This document shows, in pieces, positions 1 through 14,989 of a DNA stretch of 64,000 nt. Source of the DNA: Octopus bimaculoides (taxonomy: Eukaryota). Below the pieces are notes generated by a model. It did not search any database and was not told the origin of the DNA. It worked only from the letters and a program-made list of their open reading frames with translations. The first letter of the stretch is position 1, and the number at the start of each line of letters is the position of its first letter. The stretch covers positions 99,170,169 to 99,234,168 of the forward strand of contig NC_068982.1 in the NCBI RefSeq assembly GCF_001194135.2, read 5' to 3'. The translations under genes were made by a program, and so were the position numbers.

Positions 1-1108
1 ACAGAATACAAAATTATACTTACTAAGTACATTTAACTACAATCTCTGACAATAAGAAACTGAATAAGTTTTAAATTTAAACAGTTTATAGCCTGAATGC
101 ACAAGTGAAATTGCCACCTTAATTTACTTCTCTGTAATGTGCTGAATTTTTAAGATCAAATAAAAGTTAAATTCTTATCATTATTTTGTTTAGTTCAAAT
201 TGCTGTGGAGAGAGAGGTGGGTAAGAGAAAGATGGAGAGAGAAGAGCTAAGAAATAAAACAGTCCAAATGGATTTTATCCCCATGATTAGAATGCAAGCA
301 TAAATTATCTTGTAAATAGCTTTTATTAGCCTAAAGCTGATATCTTATTGGCTTGCAATTACTATCTGCACTGCAACATAATTGACCAAATCAACAACCA
401 ATCACAAGATTGAAGACACACATCAATATTCAAACACATACATACGCAATAATATTTGAGAAAAAAAAACATAATAAAAATATTTTGATACATGCAGAAA
501 TTGTTGATATTTAGGACTATAAATAACATTCTGATTTTTCTTTTCTTTGTTATATAATACTTGGCAAATTAAATATTTAAGAAATATTTCAGGAAATAAT
601 TTAAGAAAAAAAGTTTTGAGTTTTTTTATTTAAAAACAAATGCATTTCAATCACAGAATTTCACTTTGAACAGTTAAATGAATGTTTCTTAGTTTTAGAA
701 TATATATGAAATGGGGTGGTGGGAAATGTCAGGGATATCACTGAGCTAGACTTAAAGACTCTTCTGGAGTTGAGGAATGACATAATTGGATAAATATGAG
801 CATTGAGTGAATGGTGGTAGGTTAATGTTTGGTGGGAATTGTTGTTAAAGAGTTATTGAAGGATAGTTTCTAGTTAACCCTTCAACATTAAGCACAGAAA
901 GGTAACTAGTTTCTACAGCTGAGCTCAACATACAGAATAAATAAGAAACCTGTATCTCAAATAAAGAGAGATTGACTAAATGCTACTAAAAGGAAAGACT
1001 TAAAAATTGAGGATAATACCTATAAATGACAATCAGGGAATCTAAAACAGATAATGCAACACCAATACAGCCAGCTGATAGAGAACCAAATGGCCCTTAT
1101 TTGACATA

Positions 1109-2329
1109 CAAGGTGGCATCAAAAAGTTCCCAGACTAGTTTTGTAGCACGCCAACAGATGGCAGCACATGGTTGTGTGCACAATGAGAGCTAGCAGTGAC
1201 CTTCATGAAGCAGTGAGCTGAGTGACATCAGTTTACTTTGTAAGTTGTGAAATTTGTGTTTGTACGATTACGTGTATGCTGTAGTCTGCAATTTTATCAT
1301 GGACAGGAAGATAGAACATTAAACTTGGGAAGTCTGCAACAGAGCCATTGAGTATGCTTCAGCAAGCTTATAGCGATGAGGCAATGGGTCATAAGCAACA
1401 TTTTGAGTGACATGGGCACTTCAAAAGAAGAAGAACATCTCTGGAAGACGATGAGCAATCTGGAAGACTTGCCATGAGCGTCACCCCAAGAAATGAGGAA
1501 AAACTTGTGCATAAGGATCATCGAAGGACAGTCAACGACATTGCTGATGTTGCTGGTCTGTCATATGGGTTTGTGCAGGCAATCCTAACATCTGAATTGG
1601 ACATGCAGCATGTCTATGCCAAGTTTGTTCCCTTCCTGCTGACTACTGAGCAGAAAGAACATAGCAAAGTCTGTCAAGATCTCCATCAGTGTGTTGCTGA
1701 TGACCCATCCTTCATGTCCAGGATCATCACTGGTGACTTGGGTCTACACGTGTGACCCTCAGACGAAGCAGCAGTTGTTACAATGGAAAAGCCCTTAATT
1801 TCCATGACCAAAGAAGGCACGACAGAGCCGCAGCTCAATCAAAAACATGCTCATTGTTTTTTTAAACATCTCCCAAGGCCAAACCTTCAATCAAGAGTTC
1901 TACTGCAACATTTTGAAGCATTTGAGAGAGAACATTTGGCGAAAGCAACCAGATCTGTGGAGCACAAAGAATTGGATTTTTCACGACAATGCACCCTGTC
2001 ACCAAGCTCTCCTCACTCATGAGTTTCTTGCCAAAAACAACATGGTACCACTTCCACACCTGCCAACTTCCATCTCTTTCCCAAGATGAAAATGCAGCTC
2101 AAAGGTCACCGTTTTAACACTTCCATTGGATCAAGAGTAAATTGCAGAAGATCCTTGATTCACTTATGGAAAACAACTTCCAGACCAAATTCCAAAAGTG
2201 GCAGGAATGCTGGAACCAGTGTATTGCTGTGCAAAGTGACTATTTCAAAAGAGATGATGTTAAAACTCAGGTAAATAAGTTATTTTTAATTAAACATAAC
2301 TAGTGCAGGAACTTTTTGATACCACTCCA
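1109..2329 (+). mobile_element. Mariner-family DNA transposon, essentially full length (~1.22 kb), transposase disrupted by stops and frameshifts
   Basis: TA at 1107-1108 and 2330-2331. Left TIR caaggtggcatcaaaaagttcccagactagtt (1109-1140) matches the reverse complement of aactagtgcaggaactttttgataccactcca (2298-2329). ORF fragments read DDPSFMSRIITGD, NQEFYCNILKHLRENIWRKQPDLW, FHDNAPCH and KMQLKGHRF, which are typical mariner DD34D transposase motifs. Confidence 0.93.
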
Positions 2330-5300
2330 TAAATCATTATCATTTCCTACTTGAAATCTTCAAATAACTTCAAATCATCCACTTGATATATTTGATTAAA
2401 TTCCTGTGGATCTTTACAATCTTCTAAAATTTGCAGCACCTTACCATTTGTAACCAATCTACACCTCTGTCTCCTCTCCAAGAGAATTCAGCTGGAATGA
2501 GTTTCATAGTCAAAATATTGGGAAAAATACTCAAAACAATACCAGAAATAGCACTCTCTGCAAGTAGATATTTCTTAACAGCCTCATTACTGATGACCTG
2601 TCTTTTTTGTGTATGACATATAGCTTTTAGACTGAATAGATTTGTACCTGGAGTTGACCAAACCCCATTGTATTGGAAATGTAATTGAGTATCATATCTA
2701 AAATTCCAGGTTAACTAAGAGTACAATCAGAGTAAATTAACAAACTACTTTGCTGAAGACTGTGTAATAATTATTATAGTGTTCTAAATCTATAAACCAG
2801 GACATCTTAAATTATTAGAGTATGTATGCATGAAAAGGAAAATAGATGGCTGATCAAAGTTTAAAATGAAGGGCGCAGACAAAATAACAGGAAGATCATG
2901 AACCAAACAAGTTTATGCTGTAATGGCACAAAATACACACAATGTGCAGACCATATTTAAACAAGCTGATGGGTTAGTGTTACACAAAACCTACATAATT
3001 GGAAAATTAGAGAGATGAAATATATCAAAGTGACATTTCTTACTGCAGTACACAATAAATCTTGCTTCATAAAAGAGTAATATAAAATATTCATTGTAAT
3101 CTGCTTCTTATAAATAGAGAAGTTTGAGAGTAGTAAGTTATTTGAGGTAGTTCATAATTTCAGGGGACAGCATGAATATACATATAATCATTCAATCTGG
3201 TTCCAGCCACCAGTCTGCAACCATGTTGGGTCTCGACCTTTGATGCAAATTTTTTTTAGTACAAAAGGAAACAAATAAAAATCAATTCAATTGTTATTGT
3301 TTAGTTCTAGGCTGGTCCTGATCAAGCAGGCCTAAGAATGCTAATGTGCAATTTGAGGGAAGATGGTTGCTATTTTTAACAGGATGAGTGATTGCATAAT
3401 GGGTTCATCTGTTAACTAAAAAAAAAACCAAGTCATCAGCATCATATGTCCACTTCTCCATGCTAGGAAGACATAAAAGAATTTAGAGTGTCTTTTAAAT
3501 ACTTTTTTGTCTACCAAAAAGCAATTTAAATAACAAAAAAAAGTTATGTTGTAAAGCTTTAACTGCAACAGTACACTATAACACATCACTTGCTTAACTC
3601 ACTCTAGCTGAAAAATAGGTATTACATGAAGTAGTTGTTCAATAGCTACTATAAGGAAGAGCATTAGACTATAAAATATTGATAGAAAAAAAATCTAATT
3701 TTAACTTTTCAAATGATGCTAGCATAGAAATAATATACTCATTATCATACACATCATGAATAAGTATATGAAGGAAAATTACACTTTAGAAAAATGTTTT
3801 TTTTTTTCTCTAAAGTGAAAGCTAGAGAACAAACAAATTCTAATTATTATATAAATTAGATTGGATGAAATTTTACATGTAATAAATATATGGGGAGGTT
3901 CATTTACCGGTACCAATGAATTAAGTTCCATTTTGTTATAAATAATAAATTTAGCTCATAACTTTTATAGTTAATCTACTAATTTTTCAATATATATAGT
4001 AAAAAAAAAAATGTAAACAGTGACTTCATTTGTATATACAAATAAAATGGAAGTTTGTAACTGACTTGAAATAGTTTCATTAACAACTATGCCAAAGCTG
4101 AAATAGGAGCTTGACAGGTCCTTTCAAATTGTCCAACCCACATCAGTGTAGACAGAAGATATTGTTGTTACTACTGCTGCTGCTGATGTCAATGATGAAA
4201 AAGCTTATAAATAGTAATATTCAAACTGTTTCAGAGATGTCATGGGGATAGATTAAATTAATACCAAACATTAGCCTTATGCTCATAGTTATTATGAAAT
4301 AAAAACTACATGAAGACAATAACTAAAAGCCATGAATACTGACTGAATTATGCAATCAACAACAGTAAAATAAAGTACATCATGTATCATTTCATTCAAA
4401 TTTATATGAATTTGCTAACCTTTGAGACATCAATTATTGTTTGTAAAGAAACTACTTCTTCAGATAATTATTATGGGATGGTTCAACATAACTTACTAGC
4501 TTGTGTGCCCTTGTTTCACACAATTATCTGTTTCTTATGTAATTAATTTATCTTGATCACTGTTACTGATGAGAAATAAGCTTTATTTTTCAGTCATATT
4601 CCCTGTAGGCAATATACTGAGTATCTACTTTATTGTAGATAATATATTTGCAGTACAGTAAAAGTAACTTCCAAAAATATTAACTTAAGGTTCCTATCTT
4701 GGAGTCAGACAGTACTAAAAATAAATGTACTGTCTAATTTAATGTCTGTCAAACCTCGTCGTGAAAATTCTTCCCATAGAATTAAAGAATAAAGCATATT
4801 TTAAGATTTAACCATTATTTCATATAAGTTATGTAATAAATGTTGATTCATTAATAGATAGGATAAGACAGATAATCCAATGAGGGAAGTCTCTATGCAG
4901 TCATTAAACATGCTAGAAATAGCAACCAAATATCCCTCAGATCATACCCTACCAATTTAAAAAGGCTTACCTGCCCAGGGTTAACTCAAGCTAAACAGCA
5001 ACAACAGGACATAGATAACCATATTAAAAAGTGAATTTTGGCAAGTAGCACAAAATTAATTACAAGAGCTTTAAATCTTACTTGAATTAATAGTATGGGA
5101 CAAAAATAAAACTACATAATAAGGTAGAAGGCCATAGAGACGTATAATTATTGTTAGCTATTTTATTGACCATTGTAAGTAAAAGGCCAATTGATCAAAT
5201 TTCAACCTAGCCTCTTAATGCATTCAGTTTTCTTGTAGTATATGAACGTTAAGATTATAATGACCTTCCATATAGACGTGAAACCAAAGAAATCTAAAAG

Positions 5301-8010
5301 AGAAATAAAAAGCAGTAATATTAAAGCAATATTCTAAGTGTCAAAATAGTTACAAGTGAGAATTGAACCAAAATTTAGTTACATTACCCTATTTTCACAA
5401 TACTACCCTACCCTAAGTGGATGAAAATGACCTATGATGGTAATAATGATTTTGATAAAAATCAGTCAATCGGGTACAATATCAAACAATGAACATTAAT
5501 GTAACTTTTACCAGCATTATGTACAAGAAAAGCAGGAACCAATAAGACAGCCTCTACATCTGTGATTCAAGCTGCAACAAATAGTGGCCAAATCTCCCCA
5601 AAATCACATTCAACTATCGTTAAAAAAGTGGGGAAGGAAACACTGGACAATGTAATCATAAATACACAAAAACGACATGATGGTCACAAATGGAGAACCT
5701 GTAACTATAGTTTTGCTCAATCAAAGCTGACGAGCTGAAAAGGCAATAACTAGGTAAAACAAGATATTGTAACAATCATAGTCAATGAAATGTTAAAATG
5801 ATAGTGAGGAAAAGGATGATGCTAGGATGGTGGTGGCAGTTATTATAATAACAGTGAGGATAAATACATAATTTTCCCTTACATCTGATGCTAATGTAGA
5901 TGAGGTAACAAACAAAAAGTAATATAATCTTGTATAAAACATCAATATACAATCACAAAGATAATTAAAAAAATATGTTGACATGTCAAAACTTGCATCC
6001 AAATCTTTATAACCATCATTAGATAGATTTAAGCTACATTGTTCAATACCCATATTAATACCCGAGTTTAGATTTATTGCTTAGCAACAATTTCAGAATG
6101 AATCCAGGTTTTGATGTTTCACAAGAAATTAAATGCCATGAACTATGGAATACCAGCCACCAAAATATGCTAAATAGAAAGAGAGCTCATTCAGGGATAT
6201 CAATGAAGTATATGCTTCTCTGTAAAGAGGGGTGGGGTGAGATAAATCAAACTCATTTAAATATTGGTCATTTTCTCAGTTTCCTTACTTACAAGGTTCT
6301 CATCTTCAACAAATGGAAGGTTAAAGCAAAGATGAGGAATGTTAGGATGCTATGATGAGGAAAAAATATCTACTTTGTTAGATGAACTCTTCATTTAAAG
6401 AATGAGATAATATAAGCAAATATTTTTTAGAAACCAACACGACAGACAACAATGTTTTGCTTTGCTTGTGTGGATTGCCTGTCTCCTCAAATAATAGTGA
6501 CTCTATTATTTTAAATTAGATTGTATATGTCAAAAAATAATCGACAAAATCAGGAAACTACTAAAGAACTTATTTGCACATATAGCTTAGAATCCATTGC
6601 CATCAACAGTACTTCAAATGAACCTTCAGTAAAGTACACTGTATCAGCTAGTTAAAGGTCTGTGGGTGTTTAGTGAAGATAGGAGAAGCCATATCTTGAA
6701 ACAAGCACGTTCTTTCACTTTACTATATATATTTAACAGACAACCTACCTATGATGTATAAATTTTAAGATGGAGATCGACAAACCAAAACAAGTCTACT
6801 TTATGAAACTAATAGCGACTGAGACACCTCTTTCTTTTGGGTAAGACTTAAGTTTTAGTGAAATATGTAAATAATTGATTTAAAAGAAAGCATAGTTCAA
6901 CAAAAGTCATTCTGTATGAAAATAAAATTTCAAATTGTAGACAACAAGCACGAGTCACTGGGTCACAAATAAATAAATGGATAACAGTTTGTTCATTTGT
7001 TAATCAAACATTGAAACATACATCTTCAATCTATCAATGTTACACAGAGAAAACTAAACAATAGTAATTTTTACATTTTTACTATTTCAACTTGTCAGCT
7101 CTTTATAATACTAATTCACTTGGCACAGCATTCATTAACTCTAATAGACTATTAATTTGAGAAATTCTAAATAACTAACTGTATCTGAAAGTTTTAGATA
7201 CATTCAGAACATGTGGTTGCCTTGTTATATTATTACTAGCATAGGTACAGATAGTGGCTATTTATATAACTGAGGATAGTTCTGAAGAAACTATTACTAG
7301 AAGTAATGGTCCCAAGATAATTCTTTGAGGTACTCCATTCAGAATTACTGAATCTTTTGAATGAAAACTGTTGACTGCAACAGCTTGACTTCTGTGAAAG
7401 CAAGTCTAAATTAGTTGAAAATATTACCCTGCATGGAAATAGGTAACGGTTGGCAACAAAGAGCCTTCAGCTATAGAAAAATCTAACCTAACAAATTTGA
7501 TTGGATGCATGCAAGCATGGGAAAGTAGCTGTTAAAATTATGAAGACGTGTGTACAGTGTGTAAAATAAAGTGAAATCCAAAGAGGCTGGCAAGATTTGT
7601 ATCAATTTAAAAAATCAACAGAGTACAGTGAAATTACTGTTTGGATTGGAAAATCCAGTGTTTCAGTCAAAGTTCTTTGGGGGAAAAATTAACAGGTATG
7701 AAATTAAAAAAAGACAGCAGAATTTTACATCCTCTATGTTTAAGAAGCTGGTTGCAACTCATGAAGAATGAATGACCATATGAGATTCATACATGGACAG
7801 AAAGCTATATGGAGGAGACTTGGAGAGAGAGAAGTAGAAGAAAAGAGAAATTAAATGAGAAGTAGATGAAAGGTAGTGGTGAGGCAAAGGGAAAAATTGA
7901 GATGAAAGGGGAATTTAGGATAAAAAAAAAAAGGGCTACTGAACTAAGAGGAAATGTAGGAGTAGAAGGAAAAATGTTCTTTTAAAGCAATAAGTGACAT
8001 GATAGCAAAC

Positions 8011-8244
8011 TCAGAATATGAAACATTTCTCCTTTTGTTTCTTTAAGTATGTGAGACCCATAATGTGAGATACCATACACTGGTAAGTGAGTAACTGAGT
8101 GGCCTGATGTGTTGGAGCAGGTGGCGACAAGTTGGCTTGAATGTGCTTCCAAAAGTGATCAGCAAGGCATAAGTCTGTTACCCCATTATAAAAAGTGTCA
8201 CAAATTTGCAAATAATACAATATATAAGTTTGGAAGATGCGCAA
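8011..8244 (-). mobile_element. Possible decayed Penelope-like element GIY-YIG endonuclease fragment
   Basis: Minus ORF ICDTFYNGVTDLCLADHFWKHIQ...KEKCFIF loosely resembles the C-x2-YIGET-x3-L-x2-RF-x2-H pattern of PLE GIY-YIG domains. The match is degenerate and judged by eye. Confidence 0.35.
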
Positions 8245-9099
8245 CAGAAGTTCTGGATAATGTGACTAAGGCCCAGTCATGATAGTTACGGTATGGGCAG
8301 GTGTAGTATCATTGGTGAGTGCATTTAAATGTGTTTGGTAGTGTGAGGTTGGGTGCTATAGAGCTTCTGAGAAAATTTCTAAGGTTAACTTTTTTTTTTT
8401 GAAGGTAAAAAGAAGTGAAAAACGGAAGTGAATCTGAGAATGAAATATGTTGAATAAAATCATAATTAACTGATCCTCCTGCATTTTCTTACACAAAGCC
8501 AAGAACTTTTCAGCACCCCTTCGTATATATATATCTAAATGATACAGACATGACTATGTGAATATGGATACAGAAAAGTGCAACTATGGTTGAACTGACC
8601 AATATCTTGTGAGTAAAGTTGGCAGAAAGAAATTGTAGGGAAGCTTGTCAAATGTATGCACAAATGAATAGACATTCTATGCACATCTTTGCATGATACC
8701 ATTTGAGCAAAACACTGGTGTCATGATCACATCCCTGTAAACCTTATGCCTTGTAGCTCTATGCTTTCAACTTGTGATAACCAGTGAACTAAAAAATCTT
8801 TTGAAAAACAAGCCAGGGTTAGTGATAAGAAGGGCATCCAGCTTAAATAAGTCTTTGTCCAACCTATGCCACTATGGAAGAGTGAATGTACAGAACAAAC
8901 TGAAATACATATACATATATATACATATATGCAAACATAAACACACAAACATCATCATTTTGCAGGTCTTCACCAGTATAGCATCTTGCTGCGTGTTTTT
9001 AATATAATTACTGTCCCTTGTTATTTATGTGAAGCTCCACCTCCTAAAATCAACCTTTACAACTTCTTTCTGTCTTCTTCCACTGAGGTCACTTGAATC

Positions 9100-9345
9100 T
9101 TTTTCAACCAAACTATCTTTCTTATGCATTATATAACCATAACCATATCAGCCCAGTTTTTTCATACCCAGTTTTTCCTCCACTTCATGTGCTGTCAATC
9201 ATGTTAACATTACATATCCAGCAGAACATGTTCACCTCATTTTTAATCATTCACCACTGTCAATGTGCATGTTTCAGTACCATGCACTTTACACATAAAC
9301 AATCAGTCTTTTAACTGGAGAGAGAAGCCCTTTTTTGCCAATGAG
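9100..9345 (-). mobile_element. Highly decayed RTE LINE fragment (post-RT region)
   Basis: Sequence such as gtgcatgtttcagtaccatgcactt and ggagagagaagccc parallels the better-preserved RTE copy at 15.6-15.75 kb (HGSETW / KGFSLRVK region). Confidence 0.55.
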
Positions 9346-12300
9346 GTAATAGCTCCAAGATATTTTCTAACCCCATACTTAATATGATTTTGCAACACCA
9401 ATACTCAACTGCTGATTTTGTCCAGCTTCCTCAAGCGCATTGGTTAAATTATCATTTTCTTGAAATTAGCTCCAGGAAAGTCAGTGACCTGGATGAGGTA
9501 GAGTTTAAAAGAGAATGGCTGCAACTGAAAAATAGAGTAGCAAACATAAAACTATCTTAACCCAGATGTTAGTTATGTTTGAATCTGAGTCTGAATGATG
9601 TAATTGTTGGTTTTTGAAGTAGTCTTTCCAGCATAAACTACTTAAAATATTTGCCTAAATAATTTTTTTGTATGCTTTTCCATATAAATTCTAGTTCTGA
9701 AGTTTATATTACATATATATCATTTTCAAATGATGTTTACTCAAGCTTTTGTCCTTTTATAACAGTGTACTTGGTTTGTATATTTTTGATTGCTCTTAGC
9801 TCAAAGCGCCATTAAAAAAGATGAGAAAGTATCATTAATTTGAAACAAGATGTGGATTCTGAAAGCTGCATGGCAAACTAATCAACAAGGAGATCTGTAA
9901 CTTTAAATATAAACTGATACAAAGTTGAAGGGACTTATTAGTCTTTCTTATATGGGACCATCTCTCTAGTGATAATGTTACAATAAAATGCTCCCAAGTA
10001 CACTAAAAAAAGTGGTTGAGGCAGGAAAAGCATCCAAAGAAAAACACATCAAAAATGGTATGTATTATCAAAACATGGACTCTGCAAGTTGCTTCATAGA
10101 CCATTGGTCCAGAAAAGTAGTAACTCTGAACATGAACTGATATAGGGTAGAGGAGACTCTTTAGTATTCCTTGCTACATGATCATTTATGTTCATTTTCC
10201 ATACTGGTATGAGTTGGATGAATGGCATAATCTATGTCAGTTCTTATTCCAACTTGCTCCCCTTCTAGACAAGTAGGAAGGAAAATCATGTCCACTGCAT
10301 CTTAGTTTGGCTTCTACAACTGGATACTCTTTTCATCAAGAACCACTTAATTGAGTATTGAGAGCATTTTATTATCACACTGGTAATAGAGAGGTTCATG
10401 CCAAGTGCTCCCCCCCCCCCCATGTAGTCACTGTTCATTCTCCAGAGTCCCGAGTGGATTTTTTTTCTGTGACAACATAAGTGGGGTTGCTTTGTAGCCC
10501 ATAAGATTAGAGAATACTCATCATTTTATAAACAACTTATTCATTTAAGGCTGTGGGTGAGGAGGCAAATATGAGGTGGAGAAAGAGAGAGAGAGGAACC
10601 AGGAAGAGTGAGTGGGTAAAGAGAGTAAGAGTATGATGGCAGAAAGACTGATAGAGGTGAGAGAGAAACAGAGGTATGAGAGAGAGAGGGATGGTAATAA
10701 AGTGGACCACAATAAGAGTAAATGCTAAATATCAGTAAGTGGCCAAAGGTAAGGGTATGATGTCTGGAAGTACAAAAATGGATAACAAACAATAGAGTGC
10801 ATGGAATACAAGCAGATCTGATGCAGTACTTTATCCACATACCTCATGATGAGAGAATGGGTGAGTGCTGGAAAGCTGAAGGGATCAGACAGGTTCAATA
10901 TCTTTAATTACACTGGGACCATGGTACACTGATTGTGAGAGATCCACTGTCATCTTTATACAGGCAGTATAGTCCAGTGAAGGTGAAAACAAGAGAGGTA
11001 ATAACAAAATCAGAGATAGCAAGAGTAATGAGCACTAGACTGATGACAGGATGTCAAAGAATCCAGCAGGGCAGTAAATTCATAACAATAGTTTAGTTAT
11101 CATTTTGGATTCTAAATAGATTTTTATCTTTATCTTTCAAAAGATCTGCACTTTCATGGTAACAATGTGCATATATGTGTGTATACACACCCATGAAGAG
11201 AGGGTTGATATGTCAAATGAAAATTCTGCAAACTTGTTGCAGAAAGCAGCAAGGTCAGTGGCATTGGTCTACAATAGATCTGATTTTTCAGTTACAATGA
11301 AGATATGTAGACTAAACACAGAATAGGCCATATTGTGGGATGGGAGGAAGCAACCCACACCATCATCAAAAAGTGACTATGGCTAGCAAGCAAACAAAAA
11401 AAGTATCTGTATAATTGCTAAGCCAGTTATAAATAGCATTTAAATCTCCTTCACATCACACCCAACCATCTTGAAAAAAAGAAAAGACCCATTTGACAGT
11501 ATTAGATCTAATATGCTATGTCTAAATAAAGACAGGAATGACACAGAACTTCTTTGATCATAGGTCCACTTAATCAAAGCTAATATGCAGCTAAACACCA
11601 ACTAACAATGACCATTAGAAGTGGTATCTATAAACACTAATCAAAACATCCTGACAATAAATGTTCATTTCAATTAGAATAACTGAGCTATGGTAAACAT
11701 GGCCTACAGCACAGAACTAATAGTTTTATTATTTCTCAAATGTGTAAAGTAACATAAAAAAGTAATTTAGACCTTACATTAATTTTTGCTAAAAACTAAA
11801 TAAATAATATATTCTAAAGTGAAGAACAAATTAAACTGCGTAAGAGGAAACTGAATGCAATTTAGGAAATCCTGCCATTTCAGTGAGCTATCAGATAATA
11901 CTCTGAAAAAGAAAAAAAAAAATGTGTGGTCATTATTGGAGACCAATATAATTATCTAGAGCTGCTGGTGTGACTTTCATTCCAATAACATAACAGTGAG
12001 CGAGGCTTTTAGTCTCATAGAAAAGACTTTTCTTTTTTTGTATCAATGAAGGAAATATATTAAAAACTAAAGAAGATATGTATCAAACAATACATTTAAT
12101 TAGATAATTAATGACTGCATTTTATAACATGAAACATACATTTGAAAATATTTTTCTGGTCTGTTTTTAACTACTTTACAGTAGTTATATAAAGTACTGA
12201 TATTCTATATAACTTTGAAAAAGTTTAATTTGTTAATTTAATATTTAGTCGTCATTTTATTGATGTCAGCTACTAATTACTTGTTCTTGTAAATCTGTTT

Positions 12301-13407
12301 TTTGATACAGGTTCTAAATTTCTGTTGCTCCACAAAGTTAAGACAATTCCTTGCTTTGGGGTTTGTTTTAAAATTTAATTTTATGTATTTGCACATCATA
12401 TTATATGTCATAACAAATTTTAAGTTCTTAGATTTTTGAGCAAATTTGTTATTTCTATATGGCTAGGTCAGAACACAAAGGCACAAAATATATTCAGAAT
12501 TGTACGCTAAAAGTAAGAGTTTCAGCAATGAGTAATAATTCTAATAATAAAATCTCTTAAGTAAACATTATTATAAAATCTCTCATGGAAAACATTACAA
12601 ACTCTGATACTAAGATGAAAAGAGACATTATTATAACAAGCATAGTTTAGCTTATACCATGAACAAACCAAATTAACATATATGCCTTCTGGGTGTTCTG
12701 TCTTAAACATTTCACATGAAACAGATATTTTGAATTACTTTTTGTGGGAATGATATAAAAGAATCCTAATGTTGAACAGAATATAAAGGATAGACTATGA
12801 ATCAAATAATGTGAACCAAATAATAAAGGTAGACCTATGAACCAAATATTGTGCTCATCAGATGCAGTACAAATAGTTACATTAATAAATATGTAATTTT
12901 GAACATAACTAATCAGAATGTGCATTACAGTCCCATCAAACAGGTCATTTTTAGCTTAAAACTTGTTTTTCTATCTGTGCGTAAGTAGAACATCTCCAAC
13001 ATACATAGTATATGCTGAATTACAAACTTCAGTTACATAGCACATATTAAACAGAGTTCAATTTACAAATGAGCTCATAATTTATGTACCAAACAAGTTC
13101 ATAAACTATTTAATTACAAAATGTTCTTTATTATTGATCCACAGCACTTGATTGGTGCTTTATTTTATCAACCTTGAAAGGATGAAAGGCAGTGTTGACC
13201 CTGAAAAGATCTGAGCCAGAACAAATATCAAGGCATTCTTTCCAACATTCTCACATTTCTACCAAACTACTGCCTTTATTGTTCTTTAATATAAGAATTC
13301 ATTCCACCTCCAAGTTATTGACCTGAAAAAGGAGTTAACATAACCTGATTGTAACTGGTTTGGAAATAAATTATCAATATATATATAATATGCTACGTGT
13401 CTTTTTT

Positions 13408-13735
13408 GTAGATTAGCATTGCCTTCTAGCACTTGTGCTGGTGGCACATTAGAAAACCAGTGCCACTGGACTGGCTCCCGTGCAGGTGGCACGTAAATAG
13501 AAACACCTTTTTGAGCGTGGCTGTTGCCAGTACCGTGTGACTGGCCCTCGTGCCGGTGGCACGTAAAAACACCCACTACTCTCGGAGTGGTTGGCATTAG
13601 GAAGGGCATCCAGCTGTAGAAACTTTGCCAGATCAGATTGGAGCCTGGTGCAGCCTTCTGGCTTGCCAGTCCTCAGTTAAATCGGCCAACCCATGCTAGC
13701 ATGGAAAGCGGACGTTAAATAATGGTGATGATGAT
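13408..13735 (+). mobile_element. SINE/RTE-type 3' tail repeat ending in (GAT)n
   Basis: Shares ggcattaggaagggcatccagctgtagaaact...ccatgctagcatggaaagcggacgttaaa-(gat)n with copies at 51.55 kb (-) and 54.13 kb (+). Confidence 0.85.
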
Positions 13736-14989
13736 ATATATTCTTGTGAGTAAAACTTTGATGTTTGAAGCTGTTGAATTTGTTCCAATTTATAAGATTT
13801 ATAAGCTGGAGTCATTTTGTTTATCATTTTTTTTTTTTTTGCATTTGTCTCATAATGCTTAATGAAACAGTTTTCTAAATTATTCAACAGCGTTTCTTTC
13901 CTCTTGCTATAACATTTCTACTTCATTGTTCTGTTTGTCTTTTGTATTTGAAAGTTCATTCAGCTTTCTTATCTTACATATAATAAAATGCAATGAACCG
14001 GTCATGCTGGGTGGTGGAAACTAAAACAACAAATAGAGTAGGAGTGAACTGTAAGATGTTTTACTATAAAGTCATCAATATTTAAATCAAAATGAAACTA
14101 AATTTTCATCATAAATTATATTTTAGCAATTTCACATGCACATATGAATATATATGAAATTAAACATTAAACTCTTTTATTTTCAAGGTATTATTGCTCA
14201 TGTATATATACATACATATACCACTCTCTCTCTTCCTTACCCCTCGCTGGTCACATGTGTCCAATTACTAATTCTTTTCTTCCTTGGCTATCGCCGAGCA
14301 AACACGCGAACTTACTTCGTCCCACTTCCAGTTCGTTGCTTCACAGCATTCAACATACACATAATTTTTCATGTCTGGCCTTTTCCGTTTGTTTTCTGTC
14401 TGCCACTACATTCCTCCATGGTATAAGTTTAATTTGTGTATACAAATGAAATTTGTGGTCCGTGAGAAGAGCCATTTTAACGATGCGTCCTGCCCTACAC
14501 TCCGAAATGCCTGTGTTAGAATAGGGGTAGCTGATGAAGGAAAATGTTCTCTATGTGGCCTGTGTGTGTTCTGTACTCTGGTTATTATTATTTTCTTTGT
14601 CTACGTTTTGTTTGCAATGTCCTGTACCCAGATATGCACAAACCTGTACGTACATATGCATATACTCATTTATTATTTGCTTTATATATATATANNNNNN
14701 NNNNNNNNNNNNNNNNNNNNNNNNNNNNNNNNNNNNNNNNNNNNNNNNNNNNNNNNNNNNNNNNNNNNNNNNNNNNNNNNNNNNNNNNNNNNNNNNNNNN
14801 NNNNNNNNNNNNNNNNNNNNNNNNNNNNNNNNNNNNNNNNNNNNNNNNNNNNNNNNNNNNNNNNNNNNNNNNNNNNNNNNNNNNNNNNNNNNNNNNNNNN
14901 NNNNNNNNNNNNNNNNNNNNNNNNNNNNNNNNNNNNNNNNNNNNNNNNNNNNNNNNNNNNNNNNNNNNNNNNNNNNNNNNNNNNCATTA

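Noticed and set aside
2440-2495. Possible minus-strand mini-exon (EFSWRGDRGVDWLQM) between AG and GTAAGG
   Set aside because: It does not match the expected DIP2 continuation, and such splice-like pairs arise by chance in 43 kb.
5793-6053. 86-aa hydrophobic minus-strand ORF (possible membrane peptide or GPCR piece)
   Set aside because: No recognisable motif; the composition is explained by AT richness; no clear splice or promoter support.
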